Positions 11,007-23,608 of a stretch of 64,000 bases of DNA are shown one piece after another. The position numbers and the translations under genes are program-made. Within the stretch, counting starts at the first letter, position 1. Each line of letters begins with the position of its first letter. The DNA is taken from positions 35,154,001 to 35,218,000 of the forward strand of contig NC_043000.1 of the NCBI RefSeq assembly GCF_006345805.1, read 5' to 3'. The stretch comes from Octopus sinensis. Lineage: Eukaryota. The notes beneath the pieces were generated by a model. It was given only the letters and a program-made list of their open reading frames with translations, was not told where the DNA came from and searched no databases.

Positions 11007-14000
11007 GTTTCAAATCTTGGCACAAGGCCAGCAATTTCAGGGGTGGGGATAAGTCAATGACATCGACCTCAGAGCTCAACTGGTCTTATTTTATTGACCC
11101 AGAAAGAATGAAAGGTCAAGTCAACAAAATTTGTGCTTAATGTAAAGATGGATTAAATCCCACTTTTGTGCAGCATGCTAGTGATATTGCCATCTTGTTA
11201 TCTTAATAATGTTAGTAATAATGGTAGATGAAACTTCTGATATGCAGGACAAAGCAGTGGTGAAGGTAACCCACGCAGATCGTGTGCAGTCTGATATAAA
11301 ACCCACATGAGACAACTTACTGAGTTGGCAACATGCTTCAGCTAAAGCTTCTTTGAGCCATAATGAACAATCTATTGAGGGATGGTGTCTCGTTAAAAGC
11401 ACCAGTCTCTGTGGGACCTTACTCACTAACCCTGCATGCCTTTATGATAATAAAGCAGAATCCATACAAGATTGGTCATGGCCTGAGTGAACAAGGGTCA
11501 CATCACCTTCAGTTGCAGGGTTGAAAAGTTTGCAGCTGGTCCAAGCCTTCCTAGTAACACAAAGCTAGAGGTCTCCCACAATTGGACAAATCCTTTCAGA
11601 TGCCACCCATGTCCTACCAATCAAATGAAGGTATAGTAATGGTCCAGAGAAGACAACAGGTTCTTGAGCTTCATTCCAGTTCCATCCATCATCCTCTAGA
11701 AGTTTGAAACACTGAGCAAAGTCACCAGATTTGGAGGACAAAGAATCCCAATTCTAGACAACAATAATAACAGAAATTCTTTCTACTGGAAGGCACAAGA
11801 CCTGAAATTTTAGGGAAGAGGCTTGTCAATTACATTGACCCCCAGTGCTCAACTGATACTTATTTTACTGACTCTAGAAGGATGAAAGGCAGAATTTGAA
11901 CTCAGAACTTCAAGTTGGAAGAAATACAGCTGAGCATTTTGTGGGAAGCTCTAATGATTCTGCCAGCTCACCAATAACAACAACAACAATAATAAACTGC
12001 TGCTCAAAAAGCTGAAGGGTTCTGGAATTGAGACTTGCATTGTCAACCTGCAGAATATAAGTGCAAACCTTATATTCTGTAAGAAAACCCTAAGAAAGTT
12101 TCTTGAGATTTGAAGAGACATATTTTCACCAAACCTCAAGATTGTACAACCCTGCCAATTAAATTAGCATGTAGTAGTAGTGGTAATAATATTAAATAGT
12201 TTAGTTGTATGCGTTCAACTGTTACAAATAAAAATTAATTTATCAATTTTTTTCCCCAACCGTTCTATTAATCTATCTTCAATTAGATCAAATTTATTTT
12301 AAAATTTATCTGATAAATAACAAATTATAGTCCTGTTTACTGTGTGTATTTTTATGTTACATTAAATTGAATTCTCTTATGAATATAGCATCTCACTGAG
12401 AAAACATTAATGGAAATACAGTAAATTTGTTATGTAGTAAATATAAATTTAATATTTAATAGCTGTTTCACAACATTTTTCTTGTTAATTGAATGAGCTT
12501 TTTGGTTATCAATCTTTCAACTCTTTCCTTCATAAATAGTCAACATTTTTCATTATATGTGGCTTTCACAGTTTTCGTTTCATAAACACTAAAATTTTTT
12601 TATATATATATTTTTTTTACTCATTATCCTTTGAGAATTTGACACTGTTGTTTCTGCCAACCTGCCCTATTTATAGGAGAAAAAGTTGTACTGATGTTTA
12701 GTACATATCTTTTGAAGGACTGTTGTTTTTTATGTACTTTTTTAATGTTTGGTGCTGCTACAGTGTGTGGCAATGTACTCACTCATATTTAGACTAAGTC
12801 TCTGCCTGCTGTTTATACATCAGATTCTTGTTTATGGTTTACTCTACTAATTCTCTCCCTTTTCCCTGCACTTTCCCAACTGAAAAACATTATTTGTATG
12901 GTAAAAACTAGTCAATAGCAAACAGGAAATCACACCTGTGAGAGATGGGACAAGAAAAACAGCATCAAACAATTTTTTTATAAAAACAAAGCAAAAAGAA
13001 AAACAAAAACATACAAATCACCTTATTTTTGCAGTTTTTGTAAAAGAAGATTTATTTATTTTTTTTTTGTTTTATTTTACTTCACATTTCCTCAACCTCT
13101 CTCTTTATTTGCTGGCCTCATTTTGTTGTTGTTTTTCTTCATCTCCCTACCACCACCATCATCATCTCATAGAGATGCAATCATTTTGCTTTCCTTTCAT
13201 TATTATTTTGTTTTGTTTTTTTTCTTTGTTGATAATGAATTTATTACACGTGAAATTGAAATGCAGCTTTGATAAGCAGAAAACAATTGACAGGATTCTA
13301 TTAGACAGTAATATTTACTTTGGTAAATTGTCTTGCACACTTTAATTTATCAACGGTGATGACGATGCTATTGGTGTGTGTTTATTAAACTCTCCATTTA
13401 TCTAATTTAGTTGTTGCATGTCTAATATCAAGTTAAGATGATAGGAACAATCAGTCGATCCATTACTGATATGCGCTTTCTCTTTTTTATTCTTTAATAA
13501 TAATAATTAATCTGTTTATTTAATATTCACTATTTTTAGCCAATTTAGTAAGAGTCTTTCATCGAGTCAAAAGAAATTATCAGTAAATAAATACAGCAAG
13601 GAACTTGCTTTATTTATTGGTAAAATTTCAAGTTGATTTCTTTATGTTTCTTGATAGAAATGTTTCATTATTATTATTATTATTATTTGCTAAAATGTTG
13701 CTTAATTAGTCTTCTCTTGGTTTAATTTCTCTTATTCTAATGGCACTGGAGTAGTTTACACAAAAGCAAAAACACTTATCGTGTGCATTTTACAGTCAAA
13801 GTATTAAAGGTTACACACTTAGTAAATGATTCAGGTGAAGAGTCAACGGTTGTCCACACACACACAGCAGCACAAATCACTGCAATTGGACCAACAGATA
13901 TATTAATTACTACATTGTCTCATGTAATAGTGAGAGTGGTATCCTCATAACGTCTGTTGCTTTCACTGCGTTTCAACTGTTGTACTCTCCAGCCGCCTTC

Positions 14001-14778
14001 AGGTGTTTTGAAAGCAATTATCAAGATGATGATGACACTCCAGTTAATACATAATATATAAATTCCTCATCTCAGAAATACAGAATTGTCTTACTATGTC
14101 TCAGTTCACTTTATTGTCAAAGACAGAGGAATGTTTTCCAGCATAGATATTTATCTTCTAAATATTTATATATTTCCTGCTAAGCATTATCCAATCCAAA
14201 CGCAGTTCAGCTCACTTATATTTCAATAGGTTTCATGAATTAGAACCCCTCCACACTGCATCATTGATAATATAATTGTTGGATATTTTAGTTTACATTT
14301 CACTCACTACCCTGAGTATATCTTGAAAAATTATTCTCCTGAAATAACAAGAATACCAACAGATAAACCATTCCTGTCAGCATCTAATTAGAAACAGTCA
14401 CACAACTAACTCCATATGTTGTACTTGTATAGAAGAAATATTAACTGGTTGATTGAAGTAAAAAGTTTGGCCCCCAAAATAGTTTAAAGTAGATTTTACA
14501 ATCTGCAATGCATAAAATATTCAAGGTAGAAAATAAGTACAGTGTTAATTAAAATGCTTTGAATAATTACTTTGGAAGAGTCAATAAGTTTTAATATCTA
14601 TAGAGGACAGTCACGACATTTTTGGCAACACTGGGTATGAATTCAAACCTTACCATTATTGTATTCTCTTCCCTGTTTGCTTTGGTTTATGTGGTAGTAA
14701 TGAAAGCACTCAGCCCCTTATTTCATTGTTGGGCGATTAAGAGCAGGAAGAGTATCCTGCTGTAAAAAGTATTGTTAA

Positions 14779-14966
14779 CTCTTTAGCATTGAAACTCGCA
14801 TATCCCAACAGTCCAGATCAAGCTTCTCACACCTACCCTACAACGTCATTTGAAAAACATGATCAAATCAGCAAAATCTCAAAACTGCAAGATAAAATGT
14901 GATTAATTCAAAACAATGTGATTAAATAAGTATTAAATTGGACAAAGTAATCTGAATGTTAAGAGG
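14779..14966. mobile_element. piggyBac-type MITE (decayed)
   Basis: TTAA at 14775-14778, left end CTCTTTAGCATT, right end AATGTTAAGAGG, followed by (T)TTAA. Confidence 0.65.
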
Positions 14967-16050
14967 TTTAAAGCAGCTCACCACATGGAAAAATGGATGT
15001 AAGACTAAAAATAATGTTTAAACTGGTTCAGAAATGAAGGTTGACTGAAATAGTTGAAGCAGTTTTAAGGATTGCCTTTTGAGAGAAGAAACGTATTTTC
15101 TCGTCTCTCAACTAAGCTTTGTTGTCCTCGTTTATTATTTCTGATCAAAGATATTGTGATTGTATTTCTTTTTCTTTATATTTTATCATCAAATTATGGC
15201 CATGCTGGGGCACTGCCTTGAAGAATTTTAGTCAAATGAATTTGACCCCAGTACAAATTTATTTTTAAAGCCTGGTACTTATTCTGTCAATCTTTTTTGC
15301 TGAACCACTAAGTTATCAGGATATAAACACACCAACACTGGTTGTCAAGTGGTGGTGGAGACACACGCACGTACACACACAGTGGGCATCTTTCAGTTTC
15401 TGTCTACCAAATCCACTGCGAAGGTTTTGGTCAGCCTAAGGCTGTAATATAAGACACTTGCCACGAGTGCCACACAATGGAACTGAACCCAGAACCATGT
15501 GGTTGGGAAGCAAATTTCTTATCACACAGCCATTCCATATAAGTGCTTTTATGTAAATGCCATTCATATTTATTGACATCATCTTCCTGCATGTGGCGCT
15601 TCATTAATGGTGAAACCTTTCACTTTATGGTTTTCCTATCTTTTGCCATGTCTTTAAAAAAAACTGGAATCATATGCCAAGTTGATGTCAGCCAGTTTTG
15701 TTGTATGTTAGAAGCCTAAACCACACAAAAGCCATTTAGGTTTTACACAAGCTTTGTTATTCTTCTCAACATTGCTTTGTATTTCTTCATCCTTGCCATT
15801 GTAGCAGTTGCCTGTCATGATGACGTGTCATCACTCATCTAGTATGACACCTTTTTGTTTCATTTGATTTGTTGTCTTGCTCTCCTTTACATTTATTCCT
15901 TGGCTTTCTTTTGTTTTCTCTTTAATCACTCATTAATTGTTCTAATTTTTAGGTGTTTTTTATTTCATGTGTCAGATGAGGGCACAACCTTCGCAACAAT
16001 TAATTATTACTGATTGCACCTTTATTTTCATGATTTCATCTCCATTTTAT

Positions 16051-16470
16051 TACTTTACTCTTTACTCTTTTACTTGTTTCAGTCATTTGACTGCGGCCAT
16101 GCTGGAGCACCGCCTTTAGTCGAGCAAATCGACCCCGGGACTTATTCTTTGTAAGCCCAGTACTTATTCTATCAGTCTGTTTTGCCGAACTGCTAAGTGA
16201 CAGGGACGTAAACACACCAGCATCGGTTGTCAAGCAATGCTAGGGGGACAAACACAGACACACAAACATATACACACACACTTATGTATATATATATACA
16301 TATATACGACAGGCTTCTTTCAGTTTCCGTCTACCAAATCCACTCACGAGGCATTGGTCGGCCCGGGTCTATAGCCGCAGACACTTGCCCAAGATGCCAC
16401 ACAGTGGGACTGAACCCGGAACCATGTGGTTGGTTAGCAAGCTACTTACCACACAGCCACTCCTGTGCCT
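16051..16470 (-). mobile_element. SINE family A, young full-length copy (tRNA-derived head, (AAAGAGT/AAAGAAT)n tail)
   Basis: Head aggc.caggagtggctgtgtggtaag...ggttcagtcccac contains A/B-box-like motifs. Other copies at about 7255-7442(-), 15197-15536(-), 29936-30249(+), 43625-43970(+), 62390-62725(-). Confidence 0.88.
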
Positions 16471-16671
16471 ATAATATTATGGTTTATAATATTATGGTTT
16501 AAAATGGTCCTTATTAATGAATATTGGGTTTAAATGATTATAAAGTTTTAAAATGATCATTTGAATTAACCAATTGCACATATTTTACTGCTACTACTAT
16601 TGCTGCTGCTACCACCACTACTACTACTACTACCACTGCTGCCACCACCACAATAATAATAATAATGAATG

Positions 16672-17213
16672 CACTGATGCAGTACCAGGCAGTGGCTCTC
16701 ATGGCTTCTCATCTTAACTGATTGGAAGTGTTATCATGTACATTGTTTTGTCTTGGTATAAAAGATGGGCTACAGCAAATATTCTGCTCACCACCACAGA
16801 TTTGCTTGTCAGTTGTTTGACCATAACCAGTTGAGCATGTCCTTTAGTGGCTGACGATATGTGCATCTCTGATCACGAGCAGAAGTAGTGGGGGAGCATC
16901 ATGTATTGAGAGGAATTCTTTGGGGTTTGGATAATTCACCTCTGGAAACATGAGTGTTTCGTTCATTATCCTTAAACAGCTCTTATTCAGGAACCTTTTG
17001 CGCAGGGTGGGCTACTCAACCTGAAGAAAATTCTAGCTGGGCCCCATCTGCAAGGTCATGTGCTGTTAATCTTGATTTGAAATCACCATGTCATGCATAT
17101 ATGGTTGTGATGCATGTGCCTAGTGTAACCTTATCAGACAGGTAGTCATGATGGGTATACTGGGCTTCATATATTTTACCCCAGTGTCACTTTGATGGCA
17201 TGCACTACTCTCT
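16672..17213 (+). mobile_element. Family C retroposon, second copy
   Basis: Aligns end to end with 10440-10958. Confidence 0.8.
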
Positions 17214-20003
17214 TAATAATAATATAATAATAATAATAAAAATAAAATAATAATGGTTTCAAATTTTGCCACAGGGACAGCTATTTTGGGGAGGGGATAA
17301 GTCGACTACATTGACCCCAGTGTTTCACTGGTACTTAATTTATTAACCCCAAAAGGATAAAAGGCAAAGTCGACATCAGCGGAATTTTAACCCAGAACGT
17401 GAGGACTTACGAAATACTGTTGAGCATTTCACCTGGCGTGCTAACGGTTTTGCCAGCTCACTGCTGTACTATTACTACTGCTACTAATACTAATGCTAAT
17501 AATAATGATCTTTATTAGCCTCAAGGACTCCAAGAAATACGAAAATGTGAAACATTCACCAAGGAATAGAAGGAAAGAAATGATAATTGTGGAGGAATGT
17601 GAGTGAAAAAAATCTGTTTTCAAATATGGTGGTGGAGATAAGAGCCATTGTACAATATGTGGAAGGGTGTATTAAAACTTTTGGAAGTGCAAACATTCAT
17701 ATGCATTATATGTACCAGTATAGGTACCCATATTTGCTCCGCAATAATGACAAAACAGTATCATAAAACCCAATAATTTAAAGAAAATAAAGCATAAAAG
17801 ATTATTGGTTTGGTCCTCCACATCCCTGTTTATTTCACCAGTTTTCAAACTGTTTGAATGCAACCAAATGCAACAATTTTGAGAAAGTTAGTGTTGAACC
17901 ACTGATATTTTCTGGATATTCTTTTTTAAACTTGATACAGTATCTTAATTTTATGAGCAGTCTATCTTTTGCAGTTATTTATATTCTGAACATAAATGTT
18001 TAGGTATCACTACAATTTTGGTTAGTCTGTGGCACCACGGATGCATAACTTTGTCTATTGATTGTTGGTATTATTTTCAGAGAACAGTGAATTTTAGTTC
18101 CTCTTCTTCATCTGAATTCTCTTATTTTTCTGAGGAGAAATTTTGTTCTCACTTATAAAAGAAATTGGTTCTTCTTCTTCTTCACTTGTTTCCAGTGTTT
18201 AGTGCTTTATTTCTTTTTCTTTCCATACTTTTCTTTGTAATTATTTCTTCTTCAGTGCACTGAGATTGTGTGTTATTACAAGCTGGTGCTGCTGTTTGCA
18301 GGGTAAGGTCCATCTGTTTGTGAGATCATGGGCCTAATGATATTTCTTTTGCTATCCTTCGAGTTTTGGATAGTGATGCTCTGGAAACTGTGGTTTGTTC
18401 TTTTCGTTGTTGTTGTTGCTCTTATTTTGTATTTAGTTTTCATAGTTCTTTCAGGGCATTCACCTCTTAGGTGTGTTTTGCTCTAACAAATAAAAAAACT
18501 AGGCTCTCTGCTCCATCTCCTCTATCTCACACTCTTTTACTCTGCATAGTTCGAGTATTGCTCTCTGGCCTTCACCAATTATTAGGACTTGCAAGTTCAC
18601 TTTTGATGTTCCCTGACCACAGATTACATTTTGTTTCACCTGCTTCAACCACTTCATTATATTGCATCATTCAGGTCACTACTGTCCATGGCTCTGCATC
18701 ATGTCCAGTATCTTATATTGTGGGTCTTGTGTTTCTTTGACCCATGTATTGGGTCAGAGATATATAACCAGGGGTATTTCTGACAATTTCAGCCTGTTTT
18801 TTGGACTGCTTTTTTCAGTTTCAGAGGTATGGCAATTGGTGTCTTATTCAGTTGAATTTCTCCTAATATGTCTTGGAGGGTTTGTTGTACTACTTGGCAT
18901 GTGAGGAATTTTATTCACTTCCATCTTTTCACAGACAGTGATACCCGTTTTCCCTTCACCTCCTTCTGAATTATCTCCTATGACAAAGAAATGCAGTTGG
19001 GTTTTACAAAATTCCCTCCTCTACATCTCTTTTCATGGAACTGTGGTAGATCCAAAAATTATGTCTGTTCATTTGGTATTGAGGCAAGGTTAGTCTTCAC
19101 ACAACTTCTCTATAAACTGGCTTCAATGTGTGGAATTTGCAAATGTGAAAGTTGCAAATGTTGTTGTTACCGTTGCTGTCATCTAAACTATTTGTTTGGA
19201 TATTTAGGACATCTTCTATTAGCTGCTCACTGTATTGTATATATTTTTCTTCCTCATAGACATTTAGTCGTGTTTCGTTTCTTTTCTTTTTTTTTGTTTT
19301 TCTTTTAGCCATTGAAGTGTCTTGTCTGCAATAATTCATATGTGGCAGGCATTTGGATATGAAGAAGCAATGGGTGTAGATAAAATTTTAAAACTTCATG
19401 AAACAAATGCTTTTTTTTTTCTGTTGCCCAGGCTGTATCATGGGCAGCCCTTTTCTTTGATAATTTTAGATTTTTTACATATACTTAAAACACTTGAAGT
19501 ACTGGAAACACTTGAAATTATTGTGTTTTGAAAAGAGAATAAAAAAAAGATGTCTTCATGCTATGAGAGGCAAATGTAATAATAATAATAATGATAAAAA
19601 TGATGATAATAATAATAATAAAAATGATAATAATAATAATGATTGCTGTTACTGCTACTACTGCTTTGTCATGCAGTGTAAATGGAAACTACACGAGTAT
19701 AATATAGTCATGTGTCAAGTCACAACATGGACCTCACATAAATAATAGTTTCCTTAAAATGTGCAAAGGCGAGCTGGCAGAATTGTTAGCATGTCAGACA
19801 AAATGCTAAGCAGTGGTGCATTCTATCTTTACATTCTTAGTTGAAATGCTGACGAGGTAGACTTTGCCTTTCATCCTTTTGGAGTTAATGAAATAAGTTA
19901 GTACTGGGGATTGATGTAAACTGACTAGCTACCCCCCACCCCAGAATTTCAGGCATTGTACCTATAGTAGAAAGGACTACAGCTACTGCTGCTGCTGCTG
20001 CTG

Positions 20004-20074
<71 letters not shown>

Positions 20075-20201
20075 AAGACAGTGAACTGACACAATCATTA
20101 GCATATTGGACAAAATGCTTCATGGCCTTTCTTCTAGCACTTCATGTTGTGAGTTCAAACTCTCCTCTTCAATTTTCTGGCTTTGTACAAAAATTTGAGA
20201 C

Positions 20202-20237
<36 letters not shown>

Positions 20238-20669
20238 CATTATTATTATTGTGCTGGTTAAATCTCACTAATATGGTTGTTATAATCACCAGCTAGGATT
20301 TCAAGATCTACATAATACATTTCTTTTGTTCACAAGTTTTCACACTCTACTAGTATACTATCTACTAAGGCAGCCAAAGATACTGGCCACACTATATAAT
20401 AAATGCTATCACCTATAATTTTGCCATGGCAACCAAGTAACTAGCTATTTTATTAATATTACTAACAGAGAAATGGTTATCAACTGAACATTATAGCGCC
20501 AACCAGTCCAAGAAATAAAGTTACTATGGCACACATGTGTATGTATGTCTCAATGTAACGTGTGTGTGTGTGTGTGTATAGATATTTATATTGATACACA
20601 CACACATAACATTGTGTGTGTGTATTTATAAATGCATACTCCTACATCCTCATCATTTGTATGGTCATT

Positions 20670-20995
20670 CTTCCATGCATGGTTTGGACAAGTTCTTCCC
20701 AATATAGTGTCTTTCAGTTTGTTAAATTGTTTTGTCATCTCCTGTATGAGGTTCAAATCAGCCTTTCACCACATCTGCTTATGTCTTCCTTGGTCTTCTC
20801 TTTGCAAAGTTTCCTTCAACTTGACCCTTTTAGTACTTCTCTACTCACCTGGTCTCCACTTAACATTACATGTCCAGACTTATGATGTCATCTCTGTTCC
20901 ACTCGTACCCAGTTTGCCTCTCTCCTCATCTCAACCGTGTCATTCATTCACACTTGCATTACAGATTCAGTGAAGCATGCTAGCTTCATTTCTCT
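20670..20995 (-). mobile_element. RTE LINE 3'-terminal fragment
   Basis: Minus strand ERNEASML..CN..V...GRPRKT-like motifs, decayed. Confidence 0.6.
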
Positions 20996-21388
20996 CTCCA
21001 CGCACACACACACGTCATCATCATCAATTTTTAACATCTAGCTTCCATATTGGTGTGGGTCGGATGGTGTGGCAGTGTCTGACAAGTCAGAGACTGCATA
21101 ATATACCAATGTGCATTTCAGCATGGTGTCTATGGCTGGACGGCTCTCTTAAAACCAACCACTTTACAGTGTATTTGGGGTGTTTATTTAATGACACCAG
21201 TACTAGTGATTGTTGCCTCATAACTTGGTTAAGGACCTAAAGTGGACCCTGTATCTGAAAGAACAGAGAATGGGTAATGATTGTAGATGGAGAGATGATG
21301 AAGGAAGTGGGGAATTTATAGCAGGGAGTCTAAGGAGATGGAAGGATTAGTGACAGGATTGAGTAGGGAGGAGGGATAAAATTGAAAA

Positions 21389-21456
21389 GGCCACTTGAAT
21401 CTGATGAGCATAGGTTGCTGTGATGAACCTATGAAACTTTTAAGTTGTATGAGGCC
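21389..21456 (+). ncRNA. Damaged hammerhead-ribozyme-like motif
   Basis: CTGATGA at 21401, hairpin CATAGGTT/AACCTATG, GAAAC, near-palindromic ACTTTTAAGT, GUU triplet. The stem II/GAAA junction and stem I are imperfect. Confidence 0.5.
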
Positions 21457-22118
21457 GAATCAAACTGTTTTAAATAATAACTCTTACTAAATGTGATGAG
21501 TGCCTCTTTCAATTTATCTACTCACTTGTGTGTGTGTGTGCGCATATATTATACAGTGCTACCCTTTACTCATGAGTGAATATGAGTTGCTAGCGTTTAG
21601 CATGCTTGCATTAATTGTTTTTTTACAAGGGAGGATAATAAACACCCTCCTCTCCTTGTCTTCACCACTCCTTGCCAAACCTTCTAGATGTGGCTTGGTC
21701 GATAATAATCATTACAGTGGAAGTAGACTGGAACAATATGTAATGAAGTACTTCGCTGAAAGACACAACACATCATCCATCCCAGGAACTGAACTGACAG
21801 CCTTCCATTGTGAGCTGGGCATCCTAATCAAAAGATACAAAGGGTCTTGTGGTTAGGTTTTGGACTTGATTTCTGAATCAAGCAGCACAGTGTGTCCTTC
21901 AGCAAGTTACTTAATTTCACCTCAGTGCAGCCCTTTCTTGCTCTGGCTGTCAAGTCCTCAATGTTCCCATGGGTTTAGAGGGCGGGAGAAAGCTGAAGGT
22001 GTTTGTGTTTGCTCTTAATCACAGAAACACCTAAATCAATTAGCAAAAGCATGGTGCAGTGCAGTGCATGCTGCCTAACTCTTACTTGCTCACAAGTGAA
22101 AAACCATGGGTCAGTGGC

Positions 22119-22151
<33 letters not shown>

Positions 22152-22397
22152 GTAATTGCCTTGCTAACAACATGGTCTGAGGTAGTGCACTAAAAACTGC
22201 AATAATAACACCAGGCAATAACCATTAAAAAAACAAAGAAAAACTGTTAAATTCACTTTTCATTTATTCCTTGGGTGTCAAAATTTTTATCTTGCAACTG
22301 TGAGCTGGTTACTTCAAAATAGATTGAATGAATTTAACAGGTTTTCTTTGGTTTTGTGCTGGAAAGGCAGTTCTATGTTATGATTCCTCTCTCTCTC

Positions 22398-22446
<49 letters not shown>

Positions 22447-22779
22447 TATATATATATATATATGAATTTTTTGTGTAATGAGATAAAAAAACCAAGACTG
22501 TATAGATATTAGAGCATTTGTTGATAGAAGAAGTTCTTACAGCTGTTTCTAGAATATTAATTAATTAATAATATCCCTTTATTGGAGATGGTGTAAGAGG
22601 AAAAGTTAAGTATATATATATATATATATATATATAATCTCCACTTGTGTGTGTATGTGTGGATACATTCTTTAATTTCTGGTTGTTGCCATGCTGGAGC
22701 AACCTTAATTTTGTTTTTAGTGATAGTTTCATATTACTGACCCACCTATATATTAAACTGGTATTCTGTTGGTTATGAC

Positions 22780-23030
22780 AGCGAAGGTTTCAGTTGATCT
22801 GATCAGAGCAACAGCCTGTTCATGAAATTAACATGCAAGTGGCTGAGCGCTCCACAGATATGCATAACCTTAATATGGTTTCCAGGGAGATTTGGCATGA
22901 CACAGTATGTGATGGGGATGGCCCTTTGAATTACATATACAACTCATTTTCGCCAGCTGAGCAGACTGGAGCAATGTGAAATAAAGCATCTTGCTCAAGG
23001 ACAGAATGCACTGCTGGGAATATCACTAAG
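22780..23030 (-). mobile_element. SINE-like repeat family D (core ccagctgagtggactggagcaa...cttgctcaagg)
   Basis: Related copies at about 28540-28810(-), 21540-21960 and 63585-63840(+). Confidence 0.65.
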
Positions 23031-23063
23031 CTATGTATCTTCACCCACCTATATATACACATT

Positions 23064-23109
23064 AGTACCTTGGTTTTCAAACAACTCTAATCATGAATAA
23101 ATCATGCTT

Positions 23110-23181
<72 letters not shown>

Positions 23182-23335
23182 GATATAAATATATACAAAA
23201 CACAATTTATTTGTGATCAGAGGCATTCATAAAGCAAGGTACTACTGTATTAAATGAATGTAAGAAAAGACAGGAGATAAAGCATGATTTATTGGTAATC
23301 AGAGTTGTTAAAAAACCGAGGTACTACTGTGTATG

Positions 23336-23381
<46 letters not shown>

Positions 23382-23545
23382 TAGGGAGAGTTGACAAAGA
23401 AAAACAGAAGACGAAGACAGGTGGTGTACAAAACAAACAGATGTATTAGTATAAGGCTCAGGAATAGAAAAAGTCTTTTACATTTCGAGCCTATGCTCAC
23501 AAAAAACAAGGAGAGAAAAAATGTGTGTAGTGGCTAACGATCTTT
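23064..23545. mobile_element. Penelope-like/retrozyme-type remnant with inverted repeat in (AT)n
   Basis: 49-bp inverted repeat 23064-23112 / 23277-23325 (42/49 match), a partial tandem copy of the arm, and a minus-strand GAGC-atag-GCTC-GAAA hammerhead stem II remnant at about 23482-23498. Confidence 0.55.
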
Positions 23546-23556
23546 AATGGCTAACA

Positions 23557-23608
<52 letters not shown>

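Noticed and set aside
11200-11760. GC-richer unique-looking stretch between SINE-B copies
   Set aside because: All frames interrupted and no recognisable motif; probably an old TE fragment, not assignable.
13920-14066. Minus-strand frame GIYILCINWSVIIILIIAFKTPEGGWRVQQLKRSESNRRYEDTTLTIT* resembling a TM helix plus tail
   Set aside because: No Met, an in-frame stop immediately upstream, and no credible acceptor.
16380-16470. tRNA-like A/B boxes in SINE heads
   Set aside because: No cloverleaf or acceptor stem; these are SINE promoters, not tRNA genes.
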